Shown here piece after piece: positions 23,700 to 27,741 of a stretch of 27,741 bases of DNA. Made by a program: the position numbers and the translations under genes. The stretch spans positions 1-27,741 of IMG/VR virus record IMGVR_UViG_3300009684_001214; one strand, given 5' to 3'. Position 1 is the first letter of the stretch, and every line of letters begins with the position of its first letter. The notes under the pieces are model-generated. The model was given only the letters and a program-made list of their open reading frames with translations, ran no database searches and was not told the origin of the DNA. Source of the DNA: a virus. Lineage: Duplodnaviria > Caudoviricetes.

Positions 23700-24752
23700 A
23701 TGGCCGGTGAAGATAAACCAGCGCAGCGTAAATCTGATTCCAACAGTGGTGGTGGTTCAATCACTACTACTGATGGGAATTCTACTGTCTATGCCAACAA
23801 CCTGTTAGTATCCGTCAATGGATCAATTGGCACAGGCCACGGTCCTGGCCCTCACGTTGGCGGTGCTTGGCAAACAACATCGGGTAGTGGAACAGTATTT
23901 GCACATGGTGTTGAAGTAAACTTCACCGGTAATCCAGATACATGCGGTCATGCTCGTGTAGGTGGTAGCGGTGATGTGTTTGTAGGCGACAGTGTTGACC
24001 AAGATACTACTCCTAATCGTGCCATGAATGAAATTGATGAGGAAGATGCTGTGAACCCAGGTGGCGGTGCAGCATTGATCTCATCAGCTTCTGCTTTGGG
24101 CGCAGTAAGCACACAGGAACTGGCAGCAGCTAAAACTCCTATAATAGGCGCCAGAGATACTAGTCTACCTGCTGCAACTGCAAAGATATTAAGTACAGAT
24201 TGTGCAGACATTCATGCCTTATTTCCAAATGAACAACAACCTAATATTGTTCCACCAAGTGGTGATGCAATAGATTTCATTCCACTAACTGCTAGATACA
24301 CAGTAGCTGGTATGACTAGAAAACCCAGTGTAATTTTTGATCATGCACTACGCGGACCGGCAAGTGGCTTAACATTAGAACAGATCCTGTGCAATTTAAA
24401 GATGCTGGCCATCAATGTAGTTGAGCCCATCAAGGCACACTATCCACAAGCATTTTTAACCAACACATGGCGTCCCGAAGGTATTGGTAGTCCAACCAGT
24501 CAGCATCCCAAAGGTATGGCAGTTGATATGCAATTTAAAACTGCTGCCAAGAAAGATTACTTTGCCATAGCACAGTGGATTAGAGACAATGTTGTTTTTG
24601 ATCAACTGCTGTTGGAGTATAAAACTACTGGTAGTGGCTTGCCTTGGATACATGTTAGTTTCAACAAAGCTAGCAATAGAAAACAAGTGCTGACCTTGCT
24701 TAACAATCACACCTACGGTCCAGGATTGATTGATTTGTCACAAACAGAGTAA
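23700..24752 (+). CDS. PAAR-like (T4 gp5.4-type) spike-tip domain fused to peptidase M15 (Zn D-Ala-D-Ala/Hedgehog-like) domain
   Basis: N-terminal ~97 aa: PAQRKSD, STVYANN, HGPGPH, GSGTVFAHG, DTCGH, GSGDVFVG. C-terminus: WR...SQHPKGMAVD...WIHVS (H-x6-D...H Zn ligands). Confidence 0.85.
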   Translation: MAGEDKPAQRKSDSNSGGGSITTTDGNSTVYANNLLVSVNGSIGTGHGPGPHVGGAWQTTSGSGTVFAHGVEVNFTGNPDTCGHARVGGSGDVFVGDSVDQDTTPNRAMNEIDEEDAVNPGGGAALISSASALGAVSTQELAAAKTPIIGARDTSLPAATAKILSTDCADIHALFPNEQQPNIVPPSGDAIDFIPLTARYTVAGMTRKPSVIFDHALRGPASGLTLEQILCNLKMLAINVVEPIKAHYPQAFLTNTWRPEGIGSPTSQHPKGMAVDMQFKTAAKKDYFAIAQWIRDNVVFDQLLLEYKTTGSGLPWIHVSFNKASNRKQVLTLLNNHTYGPGLIDLSQTE

Positions 24753-24763
24753 TGCAATAAATA

Positions 24764-24871
24764 CTATATCTAGTAGGGGTAAAGTTGCATAGCGGCTTGA
24801 GATAGTGAAAGACTATACTGGCTAGACGGAGGCTATATTCGGGCCCTATGGAGTCCGTCACTAATTTATAG
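24764..24871 (+). ncRNA. Candidate structured intergenic RNA downstream of a late promoter (ATAAATA 24757-24763)
   Basis: Stems AAGTTGC/GCGGCTT (24782-24798), ATAGT/ACTAT (24802-24816), GACGGA/TCCGTC (24825-24859), closing TAGT/ACTA; possible pseudoknot TAGGG (24774-24778)/CCCTA (24844-24848). Confidence 0.5.
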
Positions 24872-24882
24872 AAAAATAGTTT

Positions 24883-25755
24883 ATGCAACAAAAAACTTAT
24901 CGAACAATAGCAATTTCAGACATTCACCTTGGCACTAAAGATAGCCAAGCTGAAAAACTCAATAACTTTCTTAAACATAATACCTGCGAAACACTGTATC
25001 TTGTTGGCGACATTCTGGACATTTGGAAGATTCAACAAAACAAATGGCGCTGGAAACAAAGTCACTCTAATGTGATCCGACGTATACTTGGATTTGCCAA
25101 ACGTGGAACTAAAGTAATCTATATTGCTGGAAATCACGATGAATTTTTACGTCCCTTGATGCCTTACGATATTGGTTTTGGTAATATTGAAATTGCCAAT
25201 CAAGCAGAACATATTGGTATTGATGGAAAACACTATCTTGTTGTTCACGGTGATCTGTTTGACGGAATCACACGTTTGGCCCCGTGGCTCAGTTTCCTTG
25301 GAGATAAAGCATATGATTTGATCCTTACACTTAATACCAGATTCAATTGGATAAGACATCGTATGGGATTTGGTTATTGGAGTCTTAGTCAATATCTCAA
25401 ACATCGTGTCAAAAGAGCCGTGGACTTTATTTTCCAATTTGAAAAAAATCTAGTGTCCTACTGCAAGAAGCGTGGGTTTGATGGGGTCATTTGCGGGCAT
25501 ATACACAATCCGGAAATCAAGTTGATTGATAATATTTGGTATTTCAATGATGGAGATTTTGTAGAAAGCGTATCGGCCCTATGTGAAACACACGATGGTG
25601 ATTGGATACTTATTCATCTTGAAGAAAACGAGTGGCGTCCGTTTCAAGTATTAGATCGCCGGACTGATCAAATACTAACAGGAGAACTTTGTATCCCTTG
25701 GTTTGAGCAGAAAGGATTTTCTGTTTTACGATACCAAGATCGCGACTTAAAGTAA
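24883..25755 (+). CDS. Calcineurin-like metallophosphoesterase, UDP-2,3-diacylglucosamine hydrolase (LpxH)-like family
   Basis: SDIHLG, VGDILD, GNHD, HGD and CGHIH motifs; NDGDFVES. Confidence 0.88.
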   Translation: MQQKTYRTIAISDIHLGTKDSQAEKLNNFLKHNTCETLYLVGDILDIWKIQQNKWRWKQSHSNVIRRILGFAKRGTKVIYIAGNHDEFLRPLMPYDIGFGNIEIANQAEHIGIDGKHYLVVHGDLFDGITRLAPWLSFLGDKAYDLILTLNTRFNWIRHRMGFGYWSLSQYLKHRVKRAVDFIFQFEKNLVSYCKKRGFDGVICGHIHNPEIKLIDNIWYFNDGDFVESVSALCETHDGDWILIHLEENEWRPFQVLDRRTDQILTGELCIPWFEQKGFSVLRYQDRDLK

Positions 25756-25798
25756 ATGGGCTTTTGATTTCTACTACTATATAAAAAAAGGATCTAAA

Positions 25799-26689
25799 AT
25801 GAAAAGAGTATGGCTTTTACATCACGCCAGCGGAATAACTGCTTATGAAAATACAAGATTACTTGAATGTCTTGAACAAAATGGTATCAAAGGTGAAATA
25901 TTTGAACCCAGGTACTTTGACATTATTGTTAACCGCGGCAATGCCAAGAGTATTAGATACAAGGGCGAAAAGATTGATTTACCTGATTTGATACTAAGTC
26001 GCACTGGTTCTGGTAGTGCTTATTTTACCCTGGCACTGATGAGACAGTTTGAAAAATTGGGTGTTCCTGTTATTAACGATGCCGAGAGTGTGGCAATAGT
26101 AAGTGATAAATTAATGACCAGCCAGGCTTTGGCCAGTGCTGGATTACCTATCCCCAAGACAATACTAGTTAATGGTGATGTTGATGTTGAGTTGATTGAA
26201 AAAGAAATTGGCTTTCCCTGCGTGGTAAAAGCCACTAGTGGTTCAAGAGGCAAAACAGTATATCTATGTGAGACACGTAAGATTTTTGAAGGCCTAATGG
26301 AATTGCTGTCAAGCATTGCATTGAAAAAGACATTGATTATACAGGAGTTTGTTGATGCCATGCCAGGCACTGATCTACGTGTATGGGTCATTGGTGGCAA
26401 AAGTATTATTGCCATGAAGCGCACCGGTGCAGATGGAGACTTTCGTGCTAATATAAGCACAGGAGGCACAGGCGAATTATTTGATATTACACCAGAGATT
26501 GATTACATTGCTAGAGAAACAGCAAGAGTATTGGGATTACAAATTGCAGGTATTGACCTGTTATTTGATAAAGATGGTTATAAGGTATGCGAAGCAAACT
26601 CCAGCCCTGGTTTCAAAGGCATGGATAAATACTGTGGTCAAGACATGGCACAGCATATAGTAGATTTTGTAAAATTAAAGTTACAATAA
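25799..26689 (+). CDS. RimK-family ATP-grasp alpha-L-glutamate ligase
   Basis: DKL..Q.LA..GLPIPKT, PCVVK, GSRG, IQEFV, DLRVWVIGG, FRANISTGG, GIDLL and EANSSPG. Confidence 0.92.
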   Translation: MKRVWLLHHASGITAYENTRLLECLEQNGIKGEIFEPRYFDIIVNRGNAKSIRYKGEKIDLPDLILSRTGSGSAYFTLALMRQFEKLGVPVINDAESVAIVSDKLMTSQALASAGLPIPKTILVNGDVDVELIEKEIGFPCVVKATSGSRGKTVYLCETRKIFEGLMELLSSIALKKTLIIQEFVDAMPGTDLRVWVIGGKSIIAMKRTGADGDFRANISTGGTGELFDITPEIDYIARETARVLGLQIAGIDLLFDKDGYKVCEANSSPGFKGMDKYCGQDMAQHIVDFVKLKLQ

Positions 26690-26708
26690 CAGGGGCAAGG
26701 TAAAACCA

Positions 26709-27431
26709 ATGTCAAACAAGATGAAACTTAGTGATAAAATTACCATTGTAATTCCTTGCAAGAATGAAGAAAATTATATTCCTTATCTATTAACGCACCT
26801 ACGCAATCAAATGATAGGTAGTACCAGAATCATTATTGCAGATTGTTCAACGGACAATACTCGAGAAGTTATTCAAGCCACCAAAGGCAATTTGAATGTA
26901 GAAATTATTGAAGGAGGCCCTGTTTCAGTTGCAAAGAATAGCGGAGCACGACTAGCCACTACTCCTTATATCTTGTTCATTGATGCCGACGTTCGTTTCT
27001 TCAAGAACACAGTTATTCGTGATGCAGTTGATAAACTTGAATCAAATAATTTGGATCTAGTTGGATTGAGCATAAAGTGTTATGACAAAGACAAGCGAGC
27101 AATGATTGGGTTCACTCTTTTTAACACAATCAATCACACATTGAAATATTTTTCACCCTTTGCAGTTGGATCATTTATGCTGACTCGCAGAGACCGGTTT
27201 GAAGAATTTGGTGGGTTTCCAGAAAACTTTTCAACATCAGAAGATTACTTTTTGTCCAGAAAATATAGTCCCCAAAAGTTCAGAATCATCAGACATTACT
27301 GCGGACAGGATTCCCGTAGGTTTAAAAAAATGGGATACACGGGTATGGCCAAATACTTGGTTAAGAATTTTATCAATCGCAACAACAAACAATATTGGGA
27401 CACATTAGATAATAGCAAATATTGGGATTAA
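26709..27431 (+). CDS. Glycosyltransferase family 2
   Basis: IVIPCKNEE, ADCSTDNT, LFIDAD, FGGF and SEDY motifs; the start could also be the Met four codons downstream. Confidence 0.92.
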   Translation: MSNKMKLSDKITIVIPCKNEENYIPYLLTHLRNQMIGSTRIIIADCSTDNTREVIQATKGNLNVEIIEGGPVSVAKNSGARLATTPYILFIDADVRFFKNTVIRDAVDKLESNNLDLVGLSIKCYDKDKRAMIGFTLFNTINHTLKYFSPFAVGSFMLTRRDRFEEFGGFPENFSTSEDYFLSRKYSPQKFRIIRHYCGQDSRRFKKMGYTGMAKYLVKNFINRNNKQYWDTLDNSKYWD

Positions 27432-27436
27432 TCAAG

Positions 27437-27465
27437 TTGACAACAAGACAAAATAAATATATAAT
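27437..27465 (+). promoter_or_regulatory. Perfect-consensus sigma70 promoter with overlapping late-type ATAAATA
   Basis: TTGACA (27437-27442), 17 nt, TATAAT (27460-27465); ATAAATA 27453-27459 lies in the spacer. Confidence 0.88.
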
Positions 27466-27470
27466 ATAAT

Positions 27471-27584
27471 TTTAACACACACTGAGAAGCCTGGGTCAGG
27501 AAAGAGGAGTAAGGCTGTATGGTCGTAGACGGGTTGTATATGCCCTAGAAGGTATGCAAGTGCTCTTTCATTATGTGTGTTAAA
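27471..27584 (+). ncRNA. Candidate ~114-nt small RNA, family unknown
   Basis: Starts at the predicted +1 of the perfect promoter; 11-bp closing stem TTTAACACACA/TGTGTGTTAAA; internal stems CCTG/CAGG, TGTATG/TATGCA, GGGT/GCCC; no credible ORF. Confidence 0.6.
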
Positions 27585-27591
27585 TAAGAGT

Positions 27592-27741
27592 TATTGTTGT
27601 ATGAAGTAGATTGAAAAAGATTCAAGACTCGGGGGCAGTGCCCGACATCTCCACCATAAGCAGTTTGGGTCATATGTTATAAGTCCATAGTGCATTCATA
27701 TACAAGACTGTTTCTGATGGGGATGACACAGGATCGATTGA
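27592..27741 (+). ncRNA. ssrA: Circularly permuted (two-piece) tmRNA gene: acceptor piece ending CCA 27656, intervening sequence, coding piece starting 27719 (truncated by window end)
   Basis: GAC-TCGGG-GGCAGTG-CCCGA-CATCTCC-A-CCA (27626-27656) lies upstream of GGGGATG-ACACAGGATCGA-TTGA (27719-27741). The acceptor stem GGGGATG/CATCTCC has G3-U70, and TTGA pairs with TCAA (helix 2a). The 5' boundary is estimated from TAAATA 27581-27586. Confidence 0.88.

Noticed and set aside
24774-24790. Resemblance of AGGGGTAAAGTT to the RNase P GAGGAAAGTCC motif
   Set aside because: The match is loose, the complementary 3' P4 strand is missing, and the element is too short.
27626-27656. Stand-alone tRNA-Ala or integration-site tRNA fragment
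   Set aside because: No anticodon or D-arm lies upstream, and the matching 5' acceptor strand lies downstream, which fits a permuted tmRNA.

Overview
Window from a large T4-like ('jumbo/huge') dsDNA phage genome using the standard genetic code; almost all genes are on the + strand. In order: the 3' part of a collagen-like (Gly-X-Gln) fibre gene with a C-terminal chaperone domain, a three-domain glycosyltransferase, small virion-type proteins and a signal-peptide endonuclease. Next comes a translationally coupled cassette of ADP-ribosyltransferase, GNAT acetyltransferase, HExxH protein and alpha/beta hydrolase; the first three carry T4 capsid-targeting-like N-termini. Then a short minus-strand micro-ORF island, head-related genes, a PD-(D/E)XK exonuclease and a beta-helix tail protein. 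The metabolic block is nrdA-SOD-nrdB-glutaredoxin, a QueF homologue lacking its catalytic Cys, and ahcY, followed by an Sm-like protein, a PAAR-like/M15 peptidase fusion, and LpxH-like, RimK-like and GT2 genes. The window ends in a circularly permuted (two-piece) tmRNA gene. Two promoter classes are visible (sigma70-type and T4-late-like TAAATA), along with leaderless early genes, RBS-occluding hairpins on late genes and three unexplained structured intergenic RNA candidates. All calls come from reading motifs by eye; no database searches or folding programs were run.
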